64,000 nt of DNA, taken from assembly GCA_964016885.1 (NCBI GenBank), contig OZ024741.1, positions 400,520,001-400,584,000 of the forward strand, given 5' to 3'. Positions 19,355 to 34,300 of the stretch are shown here, piece after piece; position 1 is the stretch's first letter, and each line of letters opens with the position of its first letter. The DNA is from Eledone cirrhosa (Eukaryota). Both the position numbers and the translations under genes were made by a program. Below the pieces are notes generated by a model, which had not been told where the DNA came from, searched no databases, and was given only the letters and a program-made list of their open reading frames with translations.

Positions 19355-22300
19355 CCTAAACCTAACTCTAAATTAAACCCTATCTCTAACCCTAAGGAAA
19401 CCTAAACCTAACTCTAAATTAAACCCTATCTCTAACCCTAAAGAAACCTAAACCTAACTCTAAATTAAACCCTATCTCTAACCCTAAAGAAACCTAAACC
19501 TAACTCTAAATTAAACCCTATCTCTAACTCTAAAGAGACCTAAACCTAACTCTAAATTAACCCTATCTCTAACTCTAAAGAAACCTAAACCTAACTCTAA
19601 ATTAAACCCTATCTCTAACCCTAAAGAAACCTAAACCTAACTCTAAATTAAACCCTATCTCTAACTCTAAAGAAACCTAAACCTAACTCTAAATTAAACC
19701 CTATCTCTAACTCTAAAGAAACCTAAACCTAACTCTAAATTAAACCCTATCTCTAACTCTAAAGAAACCTAAACCTAACTCATAAATAAAACCCTATCTC
19801 TAACTCTAAAGAAACCTAAACCTAACTCTAAATTAAACCCTATCTCTAACCCTAAAGAAACCTAAACCTAACTCTAAATTAAACCTATCTCTAACTCTAA
19901 AGAAACCTAAACCTAACTCTAAATTAAACCCTATCTCTAACCCTAAAGAAACCTAAACCTAACTCTAAATTAAACCCTATCTCTAACCCTAAAGAAACCT
20001 AAACTAACTCTAAATTAAAACCTATCTCTAACTCTAAAGAAACCTAAACCTAACTCTAAATTAAACCCTATTTCTAACCCTAAAGAATCCTAAACCTAAC
20101 TCTAAATTAAACCCTATCTCTAACTCTAAAGAAACCTAAATCTAACTCTAAATTAAACCCTGTCTCTAACTCTAAGGAAACCTAAACCTAACTCTAAATT
20201 AAACCCTATCTCTAACTCTAACGAAACCTAAACCTAACTCATAAATAAATCCCTATCTCTAACTCTAAAGAAACCTAAACCTAACTCTAAATTAAACCCC
20301 ATCTCTAACCCTAAAGACACCTAAACCTAACTCTAAATTAAACCCTATCTCTAACTCTAAAGAAACCTAAACCTAACTCTAAATTAAACCCTATCTCTAA
20401 CCCTAAAGAAACCTAAACCTAACTCTAAATTAAACCCTATCTCTAACCCTAAAGAAACCTAAACCTAACTCTAAATTAAACCCTATCTCTAACTCTAAAG
20501 AAACCTAAACCTAACTCTAAATTAAACCCTATTTCTAACCCTAAAAAAACCTAAACCTAACTCTAAATTAAACCCTATCTCTAACTCTAAAGAAACCTAA
20601 ATCTAACTCTAAATTAAACCCTGTCTCTAACTCTAAAGAAACCTAAACCTAACTCTAAATTAAACCCTATCTCTAACTCTAAAGAAACCTAAACCTAACT
20701 CTAAATTAAACACTATCTCTAACTCTAAAGAAACCTAAACCTAACTCTAAATTAAACCCTATCTCTAACTCTAAAGAAACCTAAACCTAACTCTAAATTA
20801 AACCCTATCTCTAACTCTAAAGAAACCTAAACCTAACTCTAAATTAAACCCTATCTCTAACTCTAAAGAGACCTAAACCTGACTCTAAATTAAACCCTAT
20901 CTCTAACTCTAATGAAAACTAAACCTAACTCTAAATTAAACCCTATCTCTAACCCTGAAGAAACCTAAACCTAACTCTAATTTAAACCCTATCTCTAACT
21001 CTAAAGAAACCTAAACCTAACTCTAAATTAAACCCTATCTCTAACTCTAAAGAAACCTAAACCTAACTCTAAATTAAACCCTATCTCTAACTCTAAAGAA
21101 ACCTAAACCTAACTCATAAATAAAACCCTATCTCTAACTCTAAAGAAACCTAAACCTAACTCTAAATTAAACCCTATCTCTAACCCTAAAGAAACCTAAA
21201 CCTAACTCTAAATTAAACCCTATCTCTAACTCTAAAGAAACCTAAACCTAACTCTAAATTAAACTCTATGTCTAACCCTAAAGAAACCTAAACCTAACTC
21301 TAAATTAAACCCTATCTCTAACTCTAAAGAAACCTAAACCTAACTCTAAATTAAACCCTATTTCTAACCCTAAAGAAGCCTAAACCTAACTCTAAATTAA
21401 ACCCTATCTCTAACTCTAAAGAAACCTAAACCTAACTCTAAATTAAACCCTATCTCTAACTCTAAAGAAACCTAAACCTAACTCTAAATTAAACCCTATC
21501 TCTAACTCTAAAGAAACCTAAACCTAACTCTAAATTAAACCCTATCTCTAACTCTAAAGAAACCTAAACCTAACTCTAAATTAAACCCTATCTCTAACTC
21601 TAAAGAAACCTAAACCTAACTCTAAATTAAACCCTATCTCTAAATCTAAAGAAACCTAAACCTAACTCTAAATTAAAACCTATCTCTAACTCTAAAGAAA
21701 CCTAAACCTAACTCTAAATTAAACCCTATCTCTAACTCTAAAGAAACCTAAACCTAACTCTAAATTAAACCCTAACTCTAACTCTAAAGAAACCTAAACC
21801 TAACTCTAAATTAAACCCTATCTCTAACTCTAAAGAAAACTAAACCTAACTCTAAATTAAACCCTATCTCTAACTCTAAAGAAACCTAAACCTAACTCTA
21901 AATTAAACCCTATCTCTAACTCTAAAGAAACCTAAACCTAACTCTAAATTAAACCCTATCTCTAACTCTAAAGTAACCTAAACCTAATTCTAAATTAAAC
22001 CCTATCTCTAACTCTAAAGAAACCTAAACCTAACTCTGAATTAAACCCTATCTCTAACTCTAAAGAAACCTAAACCTAACTCTAAATTAAACCCTATCTC
22101 TAACTCTAAAGAAACCTAAACCTAACTCTAAATTAAACCCTATCTCTAACTCTAAAGAAACCTAAACCTAACTCTAAATTAAACCCTATCTCTAAATCTA
22201 AAGAAACCTAAACCTAACTCTAAATTAAAACCTATCTCTAACTCTAAAGAAACCTAAACCTAACTCTAAATTAAACCCTATCGCTAACTCTAAGGAAACC

Positions 22301-25300
22301 TAAACCTAACTCTAAATTAAACCCTAACTCTAACTCTAAAGAAACCTAAACCTAACTCTAAATTAAACCCTATCTCTAACTCTAAAGAAAACTAAACCTA
22401 ACTCTAAATTAAACCCTATCTCTAACTCTAAAGAAACCTAAACCTAACTCTAAATTAAACCCTATCTCTAACTCTAAAGAAACCTAAACCTAACTCTAAA
22501 TTAAACCCTATCTCTAACTCTAAAGTAACCTAAACCTAATTCTAAATTAAACCCTATCTCTAACTCTAAAGAAACCTAAACCTAACTCTGAATTAAACCC
22601 TATCTCTAACTCTAAAGAAACCTAAACCTAACTCTGAATTAAACCCTATCTCTAACCCTAAAGAAACCTAAACCTAACTCTAAATTAAACCCTATCTCTA
22701 ACTCTAAAGAAACCTAAACCTAACTCTAAATTAAACCCTATCTCTAACGCTAAAGAAACCTAAACCTAACTCTAAATTAAACCCTATCTCTAACTCTAAA
22801 GAAACCTAAACCTATCTCTAAATTAAAACCTATCTCTAACTCTAAAGAAACCTAAACCTAACTCTAAATTAAACCCTATTTCTAACCCTAAAGAAACCTA
22901 AACCTAACTCTAAATTAAACCCTATCTCTAACTCTAAAGAAACCTAAACCTAACTCTAAATTAAACCCTATCTCTAACTCTAAAGAAACCTAAACCTAAC
23001 TCTAAATTAAACCCTATCTCTAACTCTAAAGAAACCTAAACCTAACTCTAAATTAAACCCTATCTCTAACTCTAAAGAAACCTAAACCTAACTCTAAATT
23101 AAACCCTATCTCTAACTCTAAAGAAACCTAAACCTAACTCTAAATTAAACCCTATCTCTAACTCTAAAGAAACCTAAACCTAACTCTTAATTAAACCCTA
23201 TCTCTAACTCTAAAGAAACCTAAACCTAACTCATAAATAAAAAAACCCTATCTCTAACTCTAAAGAAACCTAAACCTAACTCTTAATTAAACCCTATCTC
23301 TAACTCTAAAGAAACCTAAACCTAACTCTAAATTAAAACCTATCTCTAACCCTAAAGAAACCTAAACCTAACTCTAAATTAAACCCTATCTCTAATTCCA
23401 AAGAAACCTAAACCTAACTGTAAATTGAACCCTATCTCTAACTCTAAAGAAACCTAAACCTAACTCTAAATTAAACCCTATCTCTAACTCTAAAGAAAAC
23501 TAAACCTAACTCTAAATTAAACCCTATCTCTAACTCTAAAGAAACCTAAACCTAACTCATAAATAAAACCCTATCTCTAACTCTAAAGAAACCTAAACCT
23601 AACTCTAAATTAAACCCTATCTCTAACACTAAAGAAACCTAAACCTAACTCTAAATTAAACCCTATCTCTAACTCTAAAGAAACCTAAACCTAACACTAA
23701 ATTAAACCCTATCTCTAACTCAAAAGAAACCTAAACCTAACTCTAAATTAAACCCTATCTCTAACTCTAAAGAAACCTAAACCTAACTCTAAATTAAACC
23801 CTATCTCTAACTCTAAAGAAACCTAAACCTAACTCTAAATTAAACCCTATCTCTAACTCTAAAGAAACCTAAACCTAACTCTAAATTAAACCCTATCTCT
23901 AACTCTAAAGAAACCTAAACCTAACTCTAGATTAAACCCTATCTCTAACCCCAAAGAAACCTAAACCTAACTCTAAATTAAACCCTATCTCTAACTCTAA
24001 AGAAACCTAAACCTAACTCTAAATTAAACCCTATCTCTAACTCTAAAGAAACCTAAACCTAACTCTAAATTCAAACCTATCTCTAACCCTAAAGAAACCT
24101 AAACCTAACTCTAAATTAAACCCTATCTCTAATTCCAAAGAAACCTAAACCTAACTCTAAATTAAACCCTATCTCTAACTCTAAAGAAACCTAAACCTAA
24201 CTCTAAATTAAACCCTATCTCTAACTCTAAAGAAACCTAAACCTAACTCTAAATTAAACCCTATCTCTAACTCTAAAGAAACCTAAACCTAACTCTAAAT
24301 TAAACCCTATCTCTAACTCTAAAGAAACCTAAACCTAACTCATAAATAAAACCCTATCACTAACTCTAAAGAAACCTAAACCTAACTCTAAATTAAACCC
24401 TATCTCTAACCCTAAAGAAACCTAAACCTAACTCTAAATTAAACCATATCTCTAACTCTAAAGAAACCTAAACCTAACTCTAAATTAAACCATATCTCTA
24501 ACTCTAAAGAAACCTAAACCTAACTCTAAATTAAACCCTATCTCTAACTCTAAAGAAACCTAAACCTAACTCTAAATTAAACCCTATTTCTTACCCTAAA
24601 GAAACCTAAACCTAACTCTAAATTAAACCCTAACTCTAACTCTAAAGAAACCTAAACCTAACTCTAAATTAAACCCTATCTCTAACTCTAAAGAAACCTA
24701 AACCTAACTCTAAATTAAACCCTATCTCTAACTCTAAAGAAACCTAAACCTAACTCTAAATTAAACCCTATCTCTAACTCTAAAGAAACCTAAACCTAAC
24801 TCTAAAATAAACCCTATCTCTAACTCTAAAGAAACCTAAACCTAACTCTAAATTAAACCCTATCTCTAACTCTAAAGAAACCTAAACCTAACTCTAAATT
24901 AAACCCTATCTCTAAATCTAAAGAAACCTAAACCTAACTCTAAATTAAAACCTATCTCTAACTCTAAAGAAACCTAAACCTAACTCTAAATTAAACCCTA
25001 TTTCTAACCCTAAAGAAACCTAAACCTAACTCTAAATTAAACCCTATCTCTAACTCTAAAGAAACCTAAACCTAACTCTAAATTAAACCCTATCTCTAAC
25101 TCTAAAGAAACCTAAACCTAACTCTAACTTAAACCCTATCTCTAACTCTAAAGAAACCTAAACCTAACTCTAAATTAAACCCTATCTCTAACTCTAAAGA
25201 ACCCTAAACCTAACTCTAAATTAAACCCTATCTCTAACTCTAAAGAAACCTAAACCTAACTCTAAATTAAACCCTATCTCTAACTCTAAAGTAACCTAAA

Positions 25301-28300
25301 CCTAATTCTAAATTAAACCCTATCTCTAACTCTAAAGAAACCTAAACCTAACTCTAAATTAAACCCTATCTCTAACTCTAAAGAAACCTAAACCTAACTC
25401 TAAATTAAACCCTATCTCTAACTCTAAAGAAACCTAAACCTAACTCTAAATTAAACCCTATCTCTAACTCTAAAGAAACCTAAACCTAACTCTAAATTAA
25501 ACCCTATCTCTAACTCTAAAGAAACCTAAACCTAACTCTAAATTAAACCCTATCTCTAACTCTAAAGAAACCTAAACCTAACTCTAAATTAAACCCTATC
25601 TCTAACTCTAAAGAAACCTAAACCTAACTCTAAATTAAACCCTATCTCTAAATCTAAAGAAACCTAAACCTAACTCTAAATTAAAACCTATCTCTAACTC
25701 TAAAGAAACCTAAACCTAACTCTAAATTAAACCCTATTTCTAACCCTAAAGAAACCTAAACCTAACTCTAAATTAAACCCTATCTCTAACTCTAAAGAAA
25801 CCTAAACCTAACTCTAAATTAAACCCTATCTCTAACTCTAAAGAAACCTAAACCTAACTCTAACTTAAACCCTATCTCTAACTCTAAAGAAACCTAAACC
25901 TAACTCTAAATTAAACCCTATCTCTAACTCTAAAGAACCCTAAACCTAACTCTAAATTAAACCCTATCTCTAACTCTAAAGAAACCTAAACCTAACTCTA
26001 AATTAAACCCTATCTCTAACTCTAAAGTAACCTAAACCTAATTCTAAATTAAACCCTATCTCTAACTCTAAAGAAACCTAAACCTAACTCTAAATTAAAC
26101 CCTATCTCTAACTCTAAAGAAACCTAAACCTAACTCTAAATTAAACCCTATCTCTAACTCTAAAGAAACCTAAACCTAACGCTAAATTAAACCCTATCTC
26201 TAAATCTAAAGAAACCTAAACCTAACTCTAAATTAAAACCTATCTCTAACTCTAGAGAAACCTAAACCTAACTCTAAATTAAACCCTATTTCTAACCTTA
26301 AAGAAACCTAAACCTAACTCTAAATTAAACCCTATCTCTAACTCTAAAGAAACCTAAACCTAACTCTAAATTAAACCCTATCTTTAACTCTAAAGTAACC
26401 TAAACCTAATTCTAAATTAAACCCTATCTCTAACTCTAAAGAAACCTAAACCTAACTCTAAATTAAATCCTATCTCTAACTCTAAAGAAACCTAAACCTA
26501 ACTCTAAATTAAACCCTATCTCTAACTCTAAAGAAACCTAAACCTAACTCATAAATAAAAAAACCCTATCTCTAACTCTAAAGAAACCTAAACCTAACTC
26601 TTAATTAAACCCTATCTCTAACTCTAAAGAAACCTAAACCTAACTCTAAATTAAAACCTATCTCTAACCCTAAAGAAACCTAAACCTAACTCTAAATTAA
26701 ACCCTATATCTAATTCCAAAGAAACCTAATCCTAACTGTAAATTGAACCCTATCTCTAACTCTAAAGAAACCTAAACCTAACTCTAAATTAAACCCTATC
26801 TCTAACTCTAAAGAAAACTAAACCTAACTCTAAATTAAACCCTATCTCTAACTCTAAAGAAACCTAAACCTAACTCATAAATAAAACCCTATCTCTAACT
26901 CTAAAGAAACCTAAACCTAACTCTAAATTAAACCCTATCTCTAACACTAAAGAAACCTAAACCTAACTCTAAATTAAACCCTATCTCTAACTCTAAAGAA
27001 ACCTAAACCTAACTCTAAATTAAACCCTATCTCTAACTCAAAAGAAACCTAAACCTAACTCTAAATTAAACCCTATCTCTAACTCTAAAGAAACCTAAAC
27101 CTAACTCTAAATTAAACCCTATCTCTAACTCTAAAGAAACCTAAACCTAACTCTAAATTAAACCCTATCTCTAACTCTAAAGAAACCTAAACCTAACTCT
27201 AAATTAAACCCTATCTATAACTCTAAAGAAACCTAAACCTAACTCTAGATTAAACCCTATCTCTAACCCCAAAGAAACCTCAACCTAACTCTAAATTAAA
27301 CCCTATCTCTAACTCTAAAGAAACCTAAACCTAACTCTAAATTAAACCCTATCTCTAACTCTAAAGAAACCTAAACCTAACTCTAAATTCAAACCTATCT
27401 CTAACCCTAAACAAACCTAAACCTAACTCTAAATTAAACCCTATCTCTAATTCCAAAGAAACCTAAACCTAACTCTAAATTAAACCCTATCTCTAACTCT
27501 AAAGAAACCTAAACCTAACTCTAAATTAAACCCTATCTCTAACTCTAAAGAAAACTAAACCTAACTCTAAATTAAACCCTATCTCTAACTCTAAAGAAAC
27601 CTAAACCTAACTCTAAATTAAACCCTATCTCTAACTCTAAAGAAACCTAAACCTAACTCTAAATTAAACCCTATCTCTAACTCTAAAGAAACCTAAACCT
27701 AACTCTAAATTAAACCCTATCTCTAACTCTAAAGAAACCTAAACCTAACTCTAAATTAAACCCTATCTCTAACTCTAAAGAAACCTAAACCTAACTCTTA
27801 ATTAAACCCTATCTCTAACTCTAAAGAAACCTAAACCTAACTCATAAATAAAAAAACCCTATCTCTAACTCTAAAGAAACCTAAACCTAACTCTTAATTA
27901 AACCCTATCTCTAACTCTAAAGAAACCTAAACCTAACTCTAAATTAAAACCTATCTCTAACCCTAAAGAAACCTAAACCTAACTCTAAATTAAACCCTAT
28001 CTCTAATTCCAAAGAAACCTAAACCTAACTGTAAATTGAACCCTATCTCTAACTCTAAAGAAACCTAAACCTAACTCATAAATAAAACCCTATCTCTAAC
28101 TCTAAAGAAACCTAAACCTAACTCTAACTTAAACCCTATCTCTAACTCTAAAGAAACCTAAACCTAACTCTAAATTAAACCCTATCTCTAACTCTAAAGA
28201 ACCCTAAACCTAACTCTAAATTAAACCCTATCTCTAACTCTAAAGAAACCTAAACCTAACTCTAAATTAAACCCTATCTCTAACTCTAAAGTAACCTAAA

Positions 28301-31300
28301 CCTAATTCTAAATTAAACCCTATCTCTAACTCTAAAGAAACCTAAACCTAACTCTAAATTAAACCCTATCTCTAACTCTAAAGAAACCTAAACCTAACTC
28401 TAAATTAAACCCTATCTCTAACTCTAAAGAAACCTAAACCTAACTCTAAATTAAACCCTATCTCTAAATCTAAAGAAACCTAAACCTAACTCTAAATTAA
28501 AACCTATCTCTAACTCTAGAGAAACCTAAACCTAACTCTAAATTAAACCCTATTTCTAACCCTAAAGAAACCTAAACCTAACTCTAAATTAAACCCTATC
28601 TCTAACTCTAAAGAAACCTAAACCTAACTCTAAATTAAACCCTATCTCTAACACTAAAGTAACCTAAACCTAATTCTAAATTAAACCCTATCTCTAACTC
28701 TAAAGAAACCTAAACCTAACTCTAAATTAAACCCTATCTCTAACTCTAAAGAAACCTAAACCTAACTCTAAATTAAACCCTATCTCTAACTCTAAAGAAA
28801 CCTAAACCTAACTCTAAATTAAACCCTATTTCTAACCTTAAAGAAACCTAAACCTAACTCTAAATTAAACCCTATCTCTAACTCTAAAGAAACCTAAACC
28901 TAACTCTAAATTAAACCCTATCTTTAACTCTAAAGTAACCTAAACCTAATTCTAAATTAAACCCTATCTCTAACTCTAAAGAAACCTAAACCTAACTCTA
29001 AATTAAATCCTATCTCTAACTCTAAAGAAACCTAAACCTAACTCTAAATTAAACCCTATCTCTAACTCTAAAGAAACCTAAACCTAACTCATAAATAAAA
29101 AAACCCTATCTCTAACTCTAAAGAAACCTAAACCTAACTCTTAATTAAACCCTATCTCTAACTCTAAAGAAACCTAAACCTAACTCTAAATTAAAACCTA
29201 TCTCTAACCCTAAAGAAACCTAAACCTAACTCTAAATTAAACCCTATATCTAATTCCAAAGAAACCTAATCCTAACTGTAAATTGAACCCTATCTCTAAC
29301 TCTAAAGAAACCTAAACCTAACTCTAAATTAAACCCTATCTCTAACTCTAAAGAAAACTAAACCTAACTCTAAATTAAACCCTATCTCTAACTCTAAAGA
29401 AACCTAAACCTAACTCATAAATAAAACCCTATCTCTAACTCTAAAGAAACCTAAACCTAACTCTAAATTAAACCCTATCTCTAACACTAAAGAAACCTAA
29501 ACCTAACTCTAAATTAAACCCTATCTCTAACTCTAAAGAAACCTAAACCTAACTCTAAATTAAACCCTATCTCTAACTCAAAAGAAACCTAAACCTAACT
29601 CTAAATTAAACCCTATCTCTAACTCTAAAGAAACCTAAACCTAACTCTAAATTAAACCCTATCTCTAACTCTAAAGAAACCTAAACCTAACTCTAAATTA
29701 AACCCTATCTCTAACTCTAAAGAAACCTAAACCTAACTCTAAATTAAACCCTATCTATAACTCTAAAGAAACCTAAACCTAACTCTAGATTAAACCCTAT
29801 CTCTAACCCCAAAGAAACCTCAACCTAACTCTAAATTAAACCCTATCTCTAACTCTAAAGAAACCTAAACCTAACTCTAAATTAAACCCTATCTCTAACT
29901 CTAAAGAAACCTAAACCTAACTCTAAATTCAAACCTATCTCTAACCCTAAACAAACCTAAACCTAACTCTAAATTAAACCCTATCTCTAATTCCAAAGAA
30001 ACCTAAACCTAACTCTAAATTAAACCCTATCTCTAACTCTAAAGAAACCTAAACCTAACTCTAAATTAAACCCTATCTCTAACTCTAAAGAAAACTAAAC
30101 CTAACTCTAAATTAAACCCTATCTCTAACTCTAAAGAAACCTAAACCTAACTCTAAATTAAACCCTATCTCTAACTCTAAAGAAACCTAAACCTAACTCT
30201 AAATTAAACCCTATCTCTAACTCTAAAGAAACCTAAACCTAACTCTAAATTAAACCCTATCTCTAACTCTAAAGAAACCTAAACCTAACTCTAAATTAAA
30301 CCCTATCTCTAACTCTAAAGAAACCTAAACCTAACTCTTAATTAAACCCTATCTCTAACTCTAAACAAACCTAAACCTAACTCATAAATAAAAAAACCCT
30401 ATCTCTAACTCTAAAGAAACCTAAACCTAACTCTTAATTAAACCCTATCTCTAACTCTAAAGAAACCTAAACCTAACTCTAAATTAAAACCTATCTCTAA
30501 CCCTAAAGAAACCTAAACCTAACTCTAAATTAAACCCTATCTCTAATTCCAAAGAAACCTAAACCTAACTGTAAATTGAACCCTATCTCTAACTCTAAAG
30601 AAACCTAAACCTAACTCATAAATAAAACCCTATCTCTAACTCTAAAGAAACCTAAACCTAACTCTAACTTAAACCCTATCTCTAACTCTAAAGAAACCTA
30701 AACCTAACTCTAAATTAAACCCTATCTCTAACTCTAAAGAACCCTAAACCTAACTCTAAATTAAACCCTATCTCTAACTCTAAAGAAACCTAAACCTAAC
30801 TCTAAATTAAACCCTATCTCTAACTCTAAAGTAACCTAAACCTAATTCTAAATTAAACCCTATCTCTAACTCTAAAGAAACCTAAACCTAACTCTAAATT
30901 AAACCCTATCTCTAACTCTAAAGAAACCTAAACCTAACTCTAAATTAAACCCTATCTCTAACTCTAAAGAAACCTAAACCTAACTCTAAATTAAACCCTA
31001 TCTCTAAATCTAAAGAAACCTAAACCTAACTCTAAATTAAAACCTATCTCTAACTCTAGAGAAACCTAAACCTAACTCTAAATTAAACCCTATTTCTAAC
31101 CCTAAAGAAACCTAAACCTAACTCTAAATTAAACCCTATCTCTAACTCTAAAGAAACCTAAACCTAACTCTAAATTAAACCCTATCTCTAACACTAAAGT
31201 AACCTAAACCTAATTCTAAATTAAACCCTATCTCTAACTCTAAAGAAACCTAAACCTAACTCTAAATTAAACCCTATCTCTAACTCTAAAGAAACCTAAA

Positions 31301-34300
31301 CCTAACTCTAAATTAAACCCTATCTCTAACTCTAAAGAAACCTAAACCTAACTCTAAATTAAACCCTATCTCTAACTCTAAAGAAACCTAAACCTAACTC
31401 TAAATTAAACCCTATCTCTAACTCTAAAGAAACCTAAACCTAACTCTAAATTAAACCCTATCTCTAACTCTAAAGAAACCTAAACCTAACTCTAAATTAA
31501 ACCCTATCTCTAAATCTAAAGAAACCTAAACCTAACTCTAAATTAAAACCTATCTCTAACTCTAAAGAAACCTAAACCTAACTCTAAATTAAACCCTATT
31601 TCTAACCCTAAAGAAACCTAAACCTAACTCTAAATTAAACCCTATCTCTAACTCTAAAGAAACCTAAACCTAACTCTAAATTAAACCCTATCTCTAACTC
31701 TAAAGAAACCTAAACCTAACTCTAACTTAAACCCTATCTCTAACTCTAAAGAAACCTAAACCTAACTCTAAATTAAACCCTATCTCTAACTCTAAAGAAC
31801 CCTAAACCTAACTCTAAATTAAACCCTATCTCTAACTCTAAAGAAACCTAAACCTAACTCTAAATTAAACCCTATCTCTAACTCTAAAGTAACCTAAACC
31901 TAATTCTAAATTAAACCCTATCTCTAACTCTAAAGAAACCTAAACCTAACTCTAAATTAAACCCTATCTCTAACTCTAAAGAAACCTAAACCTAACTCTA
32001 AATTAAACCCTATCTCTAACTCTAAAGAAACCTAAACCTAACGCTAAATTAAACCCTATCTCTAAATCTAAAGAAACCTAAACCTAACTCTAAATTAAAA
32101 CCTATCTCTAACTCTAGAGAAACCTAAACCTAACTCTAAATTAAACCCTATTTCTAACCTTAAAGAAACCTAAACCTAACTCTAAATTAAACCCTATCTC
32201 TAACTCTAAAGAAACCTAAACCTAACTCTAAATTAAACCCTATCTTTAACTCTAAAGTAACCTAAACCTAATTCTAAATTAAACCCTATCTCTAACTCTA
32301 AAGAAACCTAAACCTAACTCTAAATTAAACCCTATCTCTAACTCTAAAGAAACCTAAACCTAACTCTAAATTAAACCCTATCTCTAACTCTAAAGAAACC
32401 TAAACCTAACTCTAAATTAAACCCTATCTCTAACTCTAAAGAAACCTAAACCTAACTCTAAATTAAACCCTATCTCTAACTCTAAAGAAACCTAAACCTA
32501 ACTCTAAATTAAACCCTATCTCTAACTCTAAAGAAACCTAAACCTAACTCTTAATTAAACCCTATCTCTAACTCTAAAGAAACCTAAACCTAACTCATAA
32601 ATAAAAAAACCCTATCTCTAACTCTAAAGAAACCTAAACCTAACTCTTAATTAAACCCTATCTCTAACTCTAAAGAAACCTAAACCTAACTCTAAATTAA
32701 AACCTATCTCTAACCCTAAAGAAACCTAAACCTAACTCTAAATTAAACCCTATCTCTAATTCCAAAGAAACCTAAACCTAACTGTAAATTGAACCCTATC
32801 TCTAACTCTAAAGAAACCTAAACCTAACTCTAAATTAAACCCTATCTCTAACTCTAAAGAAAACTAAACCTAACTCTAAATTAAACCCTATCTCTAACTC
32901 TAAAGAAACCTAAACCTAACTCTAAATTAAACCCTATCTCTAACTCTAAAGAAACCTAAACCTAACGCTAAATTAAACCCTATCTCTAAATCTAAAGAAA
33001 CCTAAACCTAACTCTAAATTAAAACCTATCTCTAACTCTAGAGAAACCTAAACCTAACTCTAAATTAAACCCTATTTCTAACCTTAAAGAAACCTAAACC
33101 TAACTCTAAATTAAACCCTATCTCTAACTCTAAAGAAACCTAAACCTAACTCTAAATTAAACCCTATCTTTAACTCTAAAGTAACCTAAACCTAATTCTA
33201 AATTAAACCCTATCTCTAACTCTAAAGAAACCTAAACCTAACTCTAAATTAAACCCTATCTCTAACTCTAAAGAAACCTAAACCTAACTCTAAATTAAAC
33301 CCTATCTCTAACTCTAAAGAAACCTAAACCTAACTCTAAATTAAACCCTATCTCTAACTCTAAAGAAACCTAAACCTAACTCTAAATTAAACCCTATCTC
33401 TAACTCTAAAGAAACCTAAACCTAACTCTAAATTAAACCCTATCTCTAACTCTAAAGAAACCTAAACCTAACTCTTAATTAAACCCTATCTCTAACTCTA
33501 AAGAAACCTAAACCTAACTCATAAATAAAAAAACCCTATCTCTAACTCTAAAGAAACCTAAACCTAACTCTTAATTAAACCCTATCTCTAACTCTAAAGA
33601 AACCTAAACCTAACTCTAAATTAAAACCTATCTCTAACCCTAAAGAAACCTAAACCTAACTCTAAATTAAACCCTATCTCTAATTCCAAAGAAACCTAAA
33701 CCTAACTGTAAATTGAACCCTATCTCTAACTCTAAAGAAACCTAAACCTAACTCTAAATTAAACCCTATCTCTAACTCTAAAGAAAACTAAACCTAACTC
33801 TAAATTAAACCCTATCTCTAACTCTAAAGAAACCTAAACCTAACTCATAAATAAAACCCTATCTCTAACTCTAAAGAAACCTAAACCTAACTCTAAATTA
33901 AACCCTATCTCTAACACTAAAGAAACCTAAACCTAACTCTAAATTAAACCCTATCTCTAACTCTAAAGAAACCTAAACCTGACTCTAAATTAAACCCTAT
34001 CTCTAACTCAAAAGAAACCTAAACCTAACTCTAAATTAAACCCTATCTCTAACTCTAAAGAAACCTAAACCTAACTCTAAATTAAACCCTATCTCTAACT
34101 CTAAAGAAACCTAAACCTAACTCTAAATTAAACCCTATCTCTAACTCTAAAGAAACCTAAACCTAACTCTAAATTAAACCCTATCTCTAACTCTAAAGAA
34201 ACCTAAACCTAACTCTAGATTAAACCCTATCTCTAACCCCAAAGAAACCTCAACCTAACTCTAAATTAAACCCTATCTCTAACTCTAAAGAAACCTAAAC

